In this document: positions 37,476 to 51,362 of the stretch, piece by piece
How the letters are laid out: each line of letters starts with the position of its first letter
Numbering within the stretch: position 1 is the first letter of the stretch
DNA from: Octopus sinensis
Taxonomy: Eukaryota
Length of the DNA: 64,000 nucleotides
Assembly: GCF_006345805.1 (NCBI RefSeq)
Contig: NC_043000.1
Span: 81,902,001 to 81,966,000 of the forward strand
Reading direction: 5' to 3'
Made by a program: the position numbers and the translations under genes
The notes under the pieces: generated by a model
Database searches by the model: none
Seen by the model: only the letters and a program-made list of their open reading frames with translations
What the model was told of the DNA's origin: nothing

Positions 37476-39010
37476 GAAGAGAGCGATAAGAAGGAAATAA
37501 AAATAATCCTTAAAATAATAATACTAGTGATGTGTGTGGTAGGGAAAGTATTCTGGTGATCATAGAATGTGACATGCGGAGACCGAAAGAGAAGAAAAAA
37601 AAATGAAAAAAGAGCTGGAAATCTAATGGTAATGGGTGTGCTTTAACAAGTTAATGTAGAAGCCTAAAATTTAGAATATAACTGAAAACTGGTCAAGAAG
37701 ATTATAAAATATGCTTGGAATGAAGATTATAGAATAAGTTTGGAATGAATATAGCTGATAATGACATAGAGTGAATCCACCTCGTCCTCCTCCTCCTCTT
37801 CCTCATTTTTCATCTTCTTGCATGCGCTCTTCATCTACTAACCATACTTTTATTTACTCCTTATTTCCTCCCGATATAAGCAAAAAAAAGTGCTGGAACA
37901 CGCATAATGTAAGAGCACACTTTTAATGCAAGCCTGAGGAAATGCCACTCTAATGAGATCTTTTGTTTGGCTGCCAAGATTTCAAAAATCAAAGTTTATT
38001 GAAAATTTTTTAATTTGGCACATTAATGTAGTTTTCCAAGCTGAATTGCTGGAGATATTTTACTTTTACCAGAAAAATTTAAAAAAAAGTTACAGAGGTT
38101 TAAAGTTTGATCATATTCACCCAGTTAGGAAACAGGATTTGGAAGCTCTCATTTTGTGCGTGACTGCACATTTTGTCAACATCCTGATACTAGCAAGTGT
38201 TATCAATATTTGTATTCTACACGCGGGAATTTATACGATTATGTTAAGCAAAAGACAAAAAAAAAAACATTGTGGAGGTGCGTGATTTAAGGCCTGTTTA
38301 GGTGTTATTTTTAGCACACCTCAATGACAAAAAATCGAGTAAACAACTCATGAAAGTATGGCGACTGCTCTCTATTGCTGGAGGTGAAAAGACGCACCCG
38401 GTTTGAGGTTGCTATGAAAAAGGAGACGAAACTAACTGAGTGCATAACAAACATCAGCGATCTGACTGTCGCCTGTACTCTTGACAAGAGATGCCAGTTA
38501 GTCTTTTACACCTACCAGGCTAGGTCATACTAGCCCAGTTACTGGATAATTTTTCGTTCCTTTAAGAATATTGTAGAACGGAAACTTTTCGTAGATTGGA
38601 ATTTAAATCCTAATCTCTATAGAAATTTATTGCTTCAAGAAAACATTGAATTTGCATTACTTTTAATTTTTACGATTACAGATAACAACTCTGGCTGTAA
38701 CTTCTGAGCCCAAATCAGGCGCATGTGAACGATGTCGAGAGAGCGTCTGTTACGAATGATATTTTTTGACACAGGGCACCTCTAAGGCGACCGCCAGACG
38801 CCCAACGTAAATAAATGCACTGCGACCAAGCTCAATAAAAGGAGCTCGAATCATTGTCTGAAATTACATACACGAAGTCAGTGTTGGCAGAAATTAAATC
38901 AGCTTACAAATACGTTGATTTACACTCGGGCTAAGTCCGAACAGCCCGAGTGCTGGAGTCGCCACTGCTTTATATATATATATATATATATATGTGCGTG
39001 TATATATATA

Positions 39011-39075
<65 letters not shown>

Positions 39076-40798
39076 TTTCATCTCATGGACTCAACTTCCT
39101 ACGCAACAATCATTATCAGAGACATAACTTGCCAGACGGTGGAAAAGTTTTTGGATACAGATACCAATTGCCAATTGTAGTGGCACGCAAACGTTACTTC
39201 ATTTGGAGTTGTTCAGCCTGTGATGGAATTAAAAAGCTATTTTTCAAATATTGCTTTAAAACTATTCTATTCTGCAGCAGTGAAGCCTGAGCAATAACAG
39301 AAATACTAGTAGAAACACCAGCAGAAAAAAAAAGTAAAAAACCTTTGTAAAAATGTATTTTCCACAAAAAATAAACAACGAGCAACTAATTGCAAAAACA
39401 CAGACGTTTTTATTAGATAGTATTTTCTGTTCAAATGGATCAATTTTGATTTGACTTGTTTTGAGAAAATTAGATATACCAGTGACCATTGTTTTGAATC
39501 ACAAACATCAAACTACCAGCCTTATTGTACGGATGAAGTTTTGTGAAGGAGATGTATTTTACTGGCTGATAATAAGCCAGCTGATTATAATATTTGATTT
39601 AATAACGCTGCTGTCCTTGCTTACTGATAGGGACCCATGGCAAATACAGATTAGCCAGAGTTGATTATGCAACATCTGTTGTATTGCAGACCGCTACTAC
39701 TTCTTGTCGAAACGAAAGAACCTGATGAAGGTAATTAGGCGAGGTGATGATGTGTGCGATCTGGGTATAATGTATGTGTTGTGTTGTGCTGTTGTTTTTG
39801 TTGAGTAGCTCCCGGTCAGTTTTGATCAAGCTGATCCACTGGACATTGATAGTCAGGTAAACGTTTAGATGCGATCCCTGCATCAACAGCTCCGTTTATA
39901 TGCCAAATCACGGTCAAGTTGAGGACTAATCGATACAATGTGACGTACAATGGTTAATTGAATCTGTTACAATGCTGCAGTCTAGCAATGCTGTACTCTC
40001 GCCATTGTCCACTCGATGTATGACTGTTGTTGTTTAGCCCTAGACCAGCCCATGAACTAATAGCTTTATGGTCAATGGTACTTCAGTAGAGACCAACCTT
40101 AACTAGCCTCTCTAGTTTTCAAAAATAGTGTATCTAGCTTTACATTATTCAATGTATTTCTTAAAAAAAAAAAGGATGTAATTTAGAAAGATTTGGCTGC
40201 TGTTTCTAGCTGATCAAATGACTATGAAAGGGCTTCAATGTTGGACTCGGTGATGGTGTTAGAATTGAACGTGTTGGTTTTGGTCAGCTCCGATCCAGCA
40301 GAATAATATATTTTAGTTGTGACCACTCTTACTGTGATTTGGATCCAGACATAGTGCATTAATCACTGCGTTCTGTTTCTATGGTTGCTTAACCTTAGAT
40401 AATCCCTGATCAAGGAGATATATGACCAAAAAGATTCTGGCAATGGCTATTTCTTGTTTTTGTGTATTTCGGGCTAAGTTGTTCAGTGTCTCGATGATAT
40501 ATTAAAATGACGGATGTGCATTAAGGAAATTTCACTGTTATTTCTAGCAGGTCGAGCCACTCTGTAGAAGTCCTTTCATTAGCTTGTAGAGGGTTCTGTA
40601 GATTTTAATGGTGGCTGGTCACAACGGTGTCAGGCCGAACATGACATCTGCGCATATAGAAAAATTAAACATCAGATACACAAGCATGAAAAAAAGTGCC
40701 AATAATAAGGAAGTGCTCCAATATGACCCGAACTCTCCACAGTTGGAATCAATTGCACTAAAAAACTTTATACATGCATACATACATACATACATACA

Positions 40799-40829
<31 letters not shown>

Positions 40830-40916
40830 GCACGTATACACATACACATACACGTATATATATATATATATTATATATATATATATATATATATCTATAT
40901 ATATATATCTATATAA

Positions 40917-41016
<100 letters not shown>

Positions 41017-41069
41017 GTATTTATATATATATGCATATATATACATATATATACATACATATATATATG

Positions 41070-41078
41070 TATAGATAA

Positions 41079-41175
<97 letters not shown>

Positions 41176-41190
41176 CAGATAGATAGATAG
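41070..41190. repeat. (GATA)n
   Basis: Direct. Confidence 0.95.
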
Positions 41191-41594
41191 ATTATATACT
41201 ATATATATGGTGATACTATAGAAACACCCGTATTACAGAAACAGATTTTGTAGAAACAGGGATATTTTAGAAATGGGGATACTATATAAATAGGGACACT
41301 ATAGAAATTATGGCAGTAAATAAACACAGAATCTATATAAAGAGGAATACTAAGAAACTTGATACTATAGAAACGGATATTTTCAAAACAGTGACACAAT
41401 AGCTATTTATATTTCGAAAACATGGTGGTCTGCTTGTATTTAAAGTGAAGATTTCCAGATCAATCATTAAAATTATATTCAAAACATACTTACATGCATG
41501 CATGCATATATCGAAGAATTCATCCGTACGGAGAGAGCGAAAAATGTGAGACACACGCATACGCTCTCTCTCTCTCTCTCACTCTCTCTCACTA

Positions 41595-41625
<31 letters not shown>

Positions 41626-41689
41626 CTCTCTCACTCCCCTTCTCTCTCTCTCTCTTTCTTTGTATGAGTGGTTTGTTTGTATGTATGTT

Positions 41690-41735
<46 letters not shown>

Positions 41736-42299
41736 AAGAGTTCCAGACGATGGGAGGCGGAAAACTGTTGCAACCATGATCCACCTTCTCACTCTTTGAA
41801 TGTATTTTAGCCATTCTTGTCTGTTCCATTTTGAACTTCAATCCTTATACGGAAAGCAAGAAAATTTACGAGCACTCACCCAACATGTTGCCTTGTATGT
41901 CAGGGAAGGGCACCTTGATACTCTTTGCACAGACTGACTGTCATGTACCGTAGCCAAATCTACTAGTTATGAAATAGGGGGACGAAGGCGCAGATTTGTT
42001 GAGATAGTCATCAGCTATGTGGACCGAGACAGAAGTATCTCTCGGTAGCTGTGTCTAAGCAGTTCTTTCTTTTGAGCTGTCCTGTCCCCACCCCTTGCAT
42101 TCGAAAGAAACGATAAAAATGCAAAGATCTCCCAAATATAGTCTGTCACAGCTTCATTAATTGAATCTTTGCTTCCAAGCAGGTCACCCTCTTTTTCATA
42201 TGGAAGAAAGAAACCACATGCACAATCAAATTTGGATTTTGGCAGGCTTGAACTTTTACTGACCAACTGAGCAGCCTTCAGTCACACTTGCATGTGGGG

Positions 42300-42960
42300 A
42301 ACTAGTGTTCTTTCAATATCGATACTGTGACAAGACTAGCCGATGAGGACAGCTGAAGGAATGTGACCGCAGATATACCATTTGAAGAGTGGTACATATG
42401 TGGCTTAGTCATTGTGGTTCTCAATGATCTCGTATATGAAAGATATGAAAGATATATGACTCTTTGCTTAAAACTTACTGGTGTTAACGGATACGCTATC
42501 CATCAGTGCATATACACTCACACTTAAGACAGGCCCGGATGTTATGGAGGAATTTTACACTAATTAGACAGCGTCTTATCCAGAATTTTTAAACGTAACA
42601 AAACAATTTTGCTAGGTGACCTCAATATTAGAGTTGGTAAATATTCGAATCTCTGGAACGGCACAATTGAAAGGTAGAGCATGGGAAAGACTTACTCCAA
42701 CGTCATTCGATTCTTAACTAAATACGAGGAACACAGCCCTGCAATGACAGCACACTATTTTAACAAACAGATACAAGGGTTACTGGAAGTTTTGACGACC
42801 AAAGTACTGGCGTATAACTGACTATGTTATCATTGAGAGTGGCGATCAAAACGTTGCGCATCTAACATGCGTCATAATAGGAGCCGACAATTATTGGTCG
42901 GTCACTGTCTAATGCAATCTTATATGGCAGTTCCATTCTCCCTTAAAATAACGTTTAGAG
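42300..42960 (+). pseudogene. RTE LINE apurinic-like endonuclease domain, decayed
   Basis: Pieces NID..TRLADE-QLKE, KTILLGDLNIRVG, RYKGYW..YWRITDYVII across frameshifts. Confidence 0.75.
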
Positions 42961-43014
42961 AGGTGTCAGATGTACGATGAGGAGTCAGATGTACGATCAA
43001 ATAAAATGATCTGC

Positions 43015-43280
43015 TCTTAAATTAACGTGTAAGTGACCGAGTATACCAGACACGTGTAACTTTAACGTAATTTTCAGGTAGAATCACCGTAACAGAGTGT
43101 GCGACAAGAGCGTAGTTTTTGAGTTACTGGTACAATTCATCAGATAGGCTTCTGTACATCCAGTTTTACTAAGAAGGTGTGGGCCGGCACCTAGGCATTT
43201 GTTCAAGATACCAATGGCATCGAACCTGGAACTACGTGGTTTTGAAACAAGTTTGCTCACCATTCCGCCATACTGCACCA
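43015..43280 (-). mobile_element. Chimeric SINE: B-type head with T4 tail
   Basis: Head resembles group B; 43015-43110 resembles the tail of the 60379-60700 SINE (TACGTTAA..GTACACGTGTCTG..CACGTTAAT). Confidence 0.6.
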
Positions 43281-43742
43281 ACACACACACACACACACAC
43301 ACACACACGTATACATTTATGAACAACTGTTAATGACCTCTTTCTGAGTATCAGGATATATTTCGAAAGTAGCCCTTATCTCATCTTTCTCTCGTGATAA
43401 GTGCGTAAGATATAAATCGCCCCTGGCTAAAGCGCTAGTATTTTATAGATTAACTTTCTAGACATTGTGGTACCGGTTTCCCACCTTAAGAATCTTGCCT
43501 GAAGGGTGGAGGGAACCCAAAGTAATACTGATGGTTCTAACACTATCTGCTCTTTGACCACTAGAAGCAGATAGATTCATAGATATATACATATAAACAC
43601 ACACACGTACATACACACAGTGCTATATAATTACATACATACAAATACACATAATACTATGACATACATTCACACACAAACTGACGCACACACACAAAAA
43701 CACAAACATCTACACACGTACATAAAACACGCACACACACGC

Positions 43743-43776
<34 letters not shown>

Positions 43777-43919
43777 CTGAGAGCGAGAGAGGAGGGAATG
43801 AGAGGAGGGAGAGACAGGAGGGAGAGAGAAGAGGAAGAGAGAAAGGAGGAGAGAGAGACCGAGTAGATGTACATTCGTAGAAATTTATGCTTGTGCGTCT
43901 TTGTTTCAATACATACTTT

Positions 43920-44018
43920 TTTAAAAGCCTGGTACTTATTCTATCGGTTCCTTTTGCCAAACCGCTAGATTAGGGGTCGTAAGCACACCGACAAAAGTTG
44001 TGAAGCAGTGGTGGTAGG

Positions 44019-44072
<54 letters not shown>

Positions 44073-44225
44073 GTATGACAGGCTTCTTCCAGTTCTACCA
44101 AATCCTTTCACAAGGCTTTGATCGACCAGAAGGCTATATTAGAAAACACTTGCTCAAGGTGCTACACAGTGCGACGGAAACCGGAACCATGTGGTTAGGA
44201 AGCAAGCTTCTTACTACATAACCGG
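43920..44225 (-). mobile_element. SINE group B
   Basis: Reverse complement of B motifs with internal (CA)n. Confidence 0.8.
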
Positions 44226-44579
44226 CAGTGTATCTCATATGTAATGCAGTAAGTCGAAGAACTTCTGTTAACTGGGAATATCCTTGCAATTAGAAAACAA
44301 AACCTCCTTCTACGATTGCTTAAAATCTAGTAAAATCTAATTAAAATAAGCCCCTGTCCCCAGTAATATTAGCCGATCCAAATATTTAGAAAATAAAGAT
44401 GATGCAGTTAAGGATGGATCTGTTCTCTAAAATCAACAAGCCAAAGCAATCGTCATGTTTCGATTTCAGTACCTCTCATCAGCGAAGCGTATTCGCCCAG
44501 AAGATGATGAGAGGATGAGAACACAGCTTTTAGTTGTGACACCGAATGTGCATCCGGTATACAAAGCAATCCTATTGAT

Positions 44580-44700
44580 ATTCACAAACCATATGATTTC
44601 GGGTCGGCACCTTGAGCATGTGCCTTCACCTATAGCTGCGGGCCAAAAAATGCCTTGTGAGTAAATTTGGTTGATGGAAACTGTGCGGAAACCTATTGTG

Positions 44701-44731
<31 letters not shown>

Positions 44732-44890
44732 TGTGTGTGGTGTGTGTGTGTGTATGCGTGCGTGCGTGCTTGTTTGTGTTTGTGCTTGACAACCGGTGTT
44801 GGTTTATTATGTCTCCGTAACGTAGAGGGTTTGCAAATAAGAATCAAACTTTAAAACAATTTAAGTACTAGGGTTAATTTGTTCGACTAA
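44580..44890 (+). mobile_element. Degenerate SINE group B
   Basis: GCCTTGTGAGTAAATTTGG, TTGACAACCGGTGTTGG, TTTGTTCGACTAA. Confidence 0.7.
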
Positions 44891-45519
44891 ACTAGTGATT
44901 TTCAACCATTCCTCTGCCTATGGACATCTTTGATTCCTATTTTACTCGCTTGAATCCCCAGAGGCTTTCGATGTTTAAAAGACCCTATTGCATTTTTATA
45001 ATTAAACATTATTAGGAATTCTATAAAAAATGTATTAAAATATTTTGTGTACTGTGGAAGTATAACCAATTTATTGAACTTAAATTTTAACAACAAAATG
45101 TATGGACTCTCAAGGGTCATATGTATTTTTTTCTTTTGTCAATTTAGCGACAATTTTGACCGACTGCCTACTTGGTAACAAGGTTGTACAGGAAAGCATC
45201 TTGTTCTGTTCATTATCTTTTAAATCTTTTAAGTCTTAGAGAGGCCTTGTAGATTTTTATTGTTCCATATATCGCGATCATTTGTAGCGTATGTATGTAT
45301 GTATGTATGTATGTATGTATGTATGTATGTATGTATGTGTAAACAAACGAAAGATAGTAGCACTTAACACATTTGGTGGGAGATACATGTATTTAATAGA
45401 GCTATAAGTTTCGTGAGTGCGTAAGGTATGCCTACTCCGTCAGATGTTCGGGAACAGAGTTAAATATCTGACGTGTCCTACATGCACACGAAACTTTAAG
45501 TAATGCGGAGCGGAGTCAA

Positions 45520-45635
<116 letters not shown>

Positions 45636-46500
45636 ATTTCTATTCTATACAGTCAGCTTCCGTCCGAATGACTGAACGGTTGAGATTTATTCTTTTCCGT
45701 CTCCCCCTTTTTCTCCTCATCTTTCCATCCCCTTCTCTTCTTATTTCCTCATTATGCAGGCACATCATATATGCTGATCGTGTTAGCCTTAACTCTGTGT
45801 GTATGTGTCTGTGTTTCCTCCAGTTCCCTTTGAGACGGCCAAATTTCGGAGCAAAAATTATCTTCCCGAGAAACAAGCACACTTTATGTTCATGATTCAA
45901 ATGTTCTCAGGATACCCCCATCTGCATGCTTCGTAATATGCTTGTAAAACAATGCTCCAGTATTTACATATTCTAAAACCCACGCAGTTTCTGATTTCAG
46001 TCTTGCAAATTTTTCTGCCTCTTTCTACCTAACTTATACTTTGTTGAAAAACCGGTGGCGAAATGTTGAAATCTTTCTTGCACTGAATTTCATGTTGCAT
46101 TCTTCAGCCATTTGCACAAGGTAAAGCTTTAATGATTTCGCATCCTGTTAATATGTAAAGAGTTGTAAAGATGGCTAGCCGAAAAGCTGCAGTAAATCTA
46201 ATAGAATTTGTACATGACAATGGCATGTGGTACGCGGCATTGGATAGTTGATCCTTCAGAGACAAACGTTGGTGGTTACAACTTGATTTCTGTCTTTGGG
46301 AATCATACAACCATCATTCTAGTTTCCAACTATACCAACTTCACGAAGTTTGAGGCATATTATCAAAAGCTTTTGCAAAGTCTGACTAAACTACATTTAC
46401 GCTTATTTGATTGGTTGAGCTTTTTTTAGTCTTAAATAATGCATACATGCACACACTAATACACACACATACACACATAAATGCTAATATGTACGTGTTC

Positions 46501-46550
<50 letters not shown>

Positions 46551-47206
46551 ATGCATATCTATACCACCTGTCTTCGTCTTTTGTTTTTTTGTGAATCCCC
46601 TCCCCATATATATAGCAAATAAGAAAATAGAGAACAATAGGTGGTTCATCAACTTTTGGACATTAAAATGTTAACTTATTTATTTATTAAACTGATATAT
46701 ATAAAAAATATAATATAATATATATATGTATGTATGTATGTTTCTCTCCTTATATATATACATATGTGTGAGTACAGATATATGCGTGTGAGTGTGAGCG
46801 TACATATATATACATTCGCGCCGCGAGCACACACACACACAAATCCGAAAATGGACCAGTATGAGTATGTTTAAAATGCTCATGACGCCGTATGTCACGA
46901 CGGCGCCTCAATGACTCCGTCCGATGTGGATCCAAGGAAAGAAGGAAGTATGTGCGTGTGTGTACAAATATATGTATATACACGCGCGTGCACGCACACA
47001 CACGCACACACACACACACACACACACAAGCATAGTCACACACTCAAACCGGAATAGATGTATAGATGTATTTATATATATGTATGCATGTATGTATATG
47101 TGTATGTATGTGTGTATGTATGTGTGTATGTATGTGTATATATGTATATGTATGTCTGTATGTAGGTATGTGTGCGCGCACACACGCGCACACACACGCA
47201 CAGACA

Positions 47207-47267
<61 letters not shown>

Positions 47268-47714
47268 ATTGCTGAATATATTTTGTTGCAACGAAGTGTA
47301 GTAGCATTTATAGCTCAGTGCATGTGTACGCACGAGCATATGAATGAATGAATATCTATACGTCTCTCTATTTGTCTGTTTGTCTGTTTGCTTGTCTGTT
47401 TGCCCGTCGGTCTGTCCGCTTGTCTGTCTGTGTGTCAGCGAGTCTTGAAGAAAACGTAAAGTAAATAACAGACTCTTGTTATCTTCTTCCGCACCGAGTG
47501 ACATATGGCTAAGCTATCTAGGTCTGTTGCAGCAGCAGCAGCAGCAGTGGCAGCAGTGGCAGCAGTGGCAGTAGTAGCAGTAGTAGCAGTAGCATCCGCA
47601 CCACCTGCAGCAGCACTAATAATAACAATAGCGACATCAACATCACGTAGTAAAAAAAAAAAAAACAAATCGAAGAAAAAGGAAATTGGATAACTATATC
47701 AACAGAGAAATTAA

Positions 47715-47733
47715 CTACTACTACTACTACTAT

Positions 47734-47784
<51 letters not shown>

Positions 47785-48018
47785 CGCCGCTGCGGCTACT
47801 ACTACTGCTGCTGGTAGTAATTGTAGTAGAGCAGTAAAAGGAAATACACATTATATGTTACGAAGATATTTGTATGTAAACAGATGGAAGGGCTACGGAT
47901 AGACTCCTTTCGGTCATATGTCTACTCAATCAGAACTGACCAGGGGCTATAAAAATAACAATAGTAATAACAGCACTAGTAGTAGTAGTAAGTAGTAGTA
48001 GTAGTAGTAGTAGTAGTA
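47715..48018. repeat. (TAC)n and (GTA)n tracts in opposite orientation
   Basis: 47715-47800 and 47977-48018. Confidence 0.9.
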
Positions 48019-48095
48019 ACATCGTGCTGTTGCTGCTGCCGAAGATGATTATGAACATCATCATCAGTAACAGCAACACAACAGCAGCCGTTCAG

Positions 48096-48240
48096 GAATT
48101 TGGACCTGGAGATCTCCATTTCCAGCGACTTCGAGGGCGACCTCCCAGTGGTGTCGGGCGTCAACGAAGAGCCCTCGACTACGAAACGACCAAAGCTTTT
48201 TTTTTTCCAAGGTCTGGGGTCTCCCGCCCCTAAGCCCTAG
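48096..48240 (+). CDS. Candidate coding exon, unknown product
   Basis: Frame NLDLEISISSDFEGDLPVVSGVNEEPSTTKRPKL..; 24 of 29 codons end in G/C; TTCAG upstream. Confidence 0.3.
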
Positions 48241-48279
48241 ACCATCACCTAATCATCCGGCACAAGGACATATTTTGGA

Positions 48280-49840
48280 CAGCAGCTAGTCGATTACATC
48301 GATCCTAGTATATAACTGGTACATTATTTTAACGATCCCAGAATAATTCTTTCTCATTTTTCGCACAAGGCCAGTAATTCTAGTTGGAAGGAGCCAGTCG
48401 ATTTCACCAATCCCAATACTTGATTGATGCTTTATTTCATCGATCCTGTAGGGACGAAATGCATAGTTGACATGTAAACCACGGTGGCACTTGCTCCCAA
48501 AACGTACATATCCGAGCAAAACGCCACTGAGCATTTTGTTCGTCACTCTACCAACAGCTTTGCCAGCTCAACGCTTTTGGTCACAAATTTAGGGACAAGG
48601 CTTACAATTTTAGGGCGAGGGATTAAGTCGATTACATCGACCCAGTACTCAACTGGCACTTACTTTAAGCATTTCATCCGACACGCTAACGATTCTGCTA
48701 GCTCGCCACCTTTATCACCCCCAAAATAATCATTTCAAATTTTGGAGGAGGGGATAAGTCGGTATCATCGACCCCAGCACCCAACTGTTACTTATTTTAT
48801 CGACCCCTAAATAATGATAGGTAAATTCAGTACCAGGTTAGATTCAAACTCAGAAACTATGACAGCGACGTCTTCAATATGCGCTCTTTTCAGAGTCTTA
48901 AGCTATTATTATTATTTGTTGTATTTCGTTTTTGGATTTGGTTTGCGAGATTCTTTATATGAGTTCGTTGTGTTGAAGCATATTCTGTTGTGTCTGGAGA
49001 GAGTCATTTTCTTTTTGTGCCTTATAATTTTTACACACTTACCGGTAAAATTTCCAACCGGTGCGTCTGTTAAATTACAAAGCACAAAAAGAAAATGACT
49101 CTCCCCAGACACAAAAGATTATTTGTTGTAGTGTTTTCGAAAATAATTTTTGTTTAATTTAATGTCTTTTTACCATTAGTTTCAAATTTTGACCTAAGGA
49201 CAGCGATTTCGGGGAAGTGGGTGAACTTATTTTATCGACCTCGAAGTGATGAAAAGCAAAGTCGTCCTTGGTAGAATTTGAACTTGGAACGTGAAGAGCT
49301 GGCAGAATCGTTCCCACGCCAGGCAAAATGCTTAGCGGTATTTCATCCGTCCTTACGTTTTGAGTTCAAATTCTGCCACAATTGACTTTGTCTTTCATCC
49401 TTTCAGGATCGATTAAATAAGTACCAGTTACGCACTGGGGTCGATGTAATCGACATGCTCCTTCCCCACAAATTTCGGGCCTTGTGCCTATAGTAGAAAG
49501 ACTATTAAGGAGTCGATATAAAATAAGAACCAGTTGAGCACCGGAGTCAATGTAATCAACTTACTCCGCACTCAAAATTGCTGGTCTTGTACCAAAATTT
49601 GAAAGCAATATTAAGATGGCGGCCGGCGGTGAGTTGGCAGAATCTTTAGCACAGCGGGCAAAATGCTATGCAGAATTTCATCCACCCTTACGTTCCGAGT
49701 TCAAATTCCGCCGCGGTCGATTTTGCCTTTCATACTTTCTGGGTCGATAGAATAAGTACCAGTTGAGCACTGAAGTCAACGTAATTAACTTACCCCTCCT
49801 ACCAAATTACTGGCCATGTGCCAATGTTTGAAACCAATAT
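48280..49840. mobile_element. Cluster of ~8-9 full or partial SINE group C copies
   Basis: Repeated GTCGATTACATCGACCC..AACTGGTAC blocks, both orientations. Confidence 0.85.
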
Positions 49841-50257
49841 CAGGGCAGCAGGGCCCTGTTCATAAAATACGGATATAGGTTCCGCAAGTTTTGAAAATTT
49901 AATATGTGGGCTCCTCGATAAAATACCTTTGGGAATCAGTTATAAAACATTCAGATTCACAAGAAAATTTCGAATGTTAAATGTTCAACAAGAAGGATTA
50001 AATTTATATGTGCGAGAGTTTAGGATTAACTTTGTACCTAAAAATCAACAAATCATGCGTATTTTGATAAGTGGATTAAAGTTTCATTTCTTTCTCTTTT
50101 TTTTTTCTTTTTGTGGAAGCGGCCGAGTTGTGAGTTAATTAGGGGCAGTGAGATATATAATTAACTATTTAATTTCAAAACCACACAGATATATGTATGT
50201 ATGTATGTATGTATGTTTATATATATATATATATCTTGAAATCAATATTAAGATGGC

Positions 50258-50325
50258 GGAAGGTGGCAAACTGGCAGAATCGTTGGCACGCCGGGCAAAA
50301 TGTTTAGCGGCATTTCGTCCGTCTT
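50258..50325 (+). mobile_element. SINE group C head fragment
   Basis: GGTGGCAAACTGGCAGAATCGTTGGCACGCCGGGCAAAATG. Confidence 0.75.
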
Positions 50326-50792
50326 TATATATATATACGCATACATATATACACGCACACACTCATGTAGGATTTTAAACATATCTGTTGAATGCAATAC
50401 ATTCCGACTGATCTCATTTGAGCCAAAATATCAGAAAATGCTTAATATATAAATAATTAATCATAAGTTAAGATATTTAGAAATGTGTCATTAGTCTATA
50501 TCATGAATATCTAAGAGAATTGATTATACAACTCAGAGAAATAATACAAAACAAATATTAATACATGTGAAGTTTCCCATGTAGCACTGGGACATGCCCA
50601 ATTTCTGCAACCCAAAGCCATCACTATTTCAACATTGAGTTTCAACAAAAAGAGATTGCTGCAATCGCGTGATTCTATCTCGCAAACTCCACATGGATTT
50701 CGATTGCTTGCAGCTCTGAACGATTCAAGATACAAATCGATCGAACTGCACGAAGATTCGCTTCAGGCTTGCTAACCTTTTTTAGGTTTTGT

Positions 50793-51270
50793 AGGCTCAA
50801 GCATGACTGTGTGATAAGAATCTTGCTTCTCAAACACATGGTTCCAAGTTCAGTTCCACTGCATGGCACCTTGGGCAAGTGTCTTCAACTATAGCCTTGA
50901 GCCAGTCAAAGCTTTGTGAATGGATTTGGGAGAGGAGAATTGAAAGAAGCTCGCCATATATATATATACACACACACATACACACAAACACACACACACA
51001 CATACACACACCACACACACCACACACACACACACGAATATGTATATACCTATGAGTGTGTGTTTGTGCTTGTGTTTGTCCCCCAAAACCGCTTGACAAT
51101 CGGTGTTGGTGTGTTTACGGCTCCGTAACCTAGTAGTTCGGTAAAACAGACGATAGAATAAGTACCAGGATTTTAAATATAAGTCGATTTGTTCGACTAA
51201 TATCCTTCAAGGCGGTGCTCTAGCATGCTCACAATCAAAAGAGTGAAACAAGAAAACGATAAAAGGAATG
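50793..51270 (+). mobile_element. SINE group B, full length
   Basis: Colinear with other B copies. Confidence 0.85.
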
Positions 51271-51362
51271 AAAGCATCTTTATTGAACTAAACTAGGAGA
51301 GTGAAAAAAACATGATACAATAGTATTTAGTAAAAAAAATATTTAGGTGTATACATGTTGAG

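Noticed and set aside
39707-39730. GAAAC...CTGATGA as a type-II hammerhead
   Set aside because: There is no NUH triplet or helix III
42015-42266. Coding-looking minus-strand ORF
   Set aside because: No recognisable motif; it lies antisense, just upstream of the RTE endonuclease fragment
47505-47693. Ala/Val-rich ORF
   Set aside because: It is a (GCA/GTA)n low-complexity tract that cannot be distinguished from non-coding repeat
48155-48197. CAACGAAGAG..GAAACGAC as an HHR
   Set aside because: Three core mismatches, GAC triplet and inconsistent helix II
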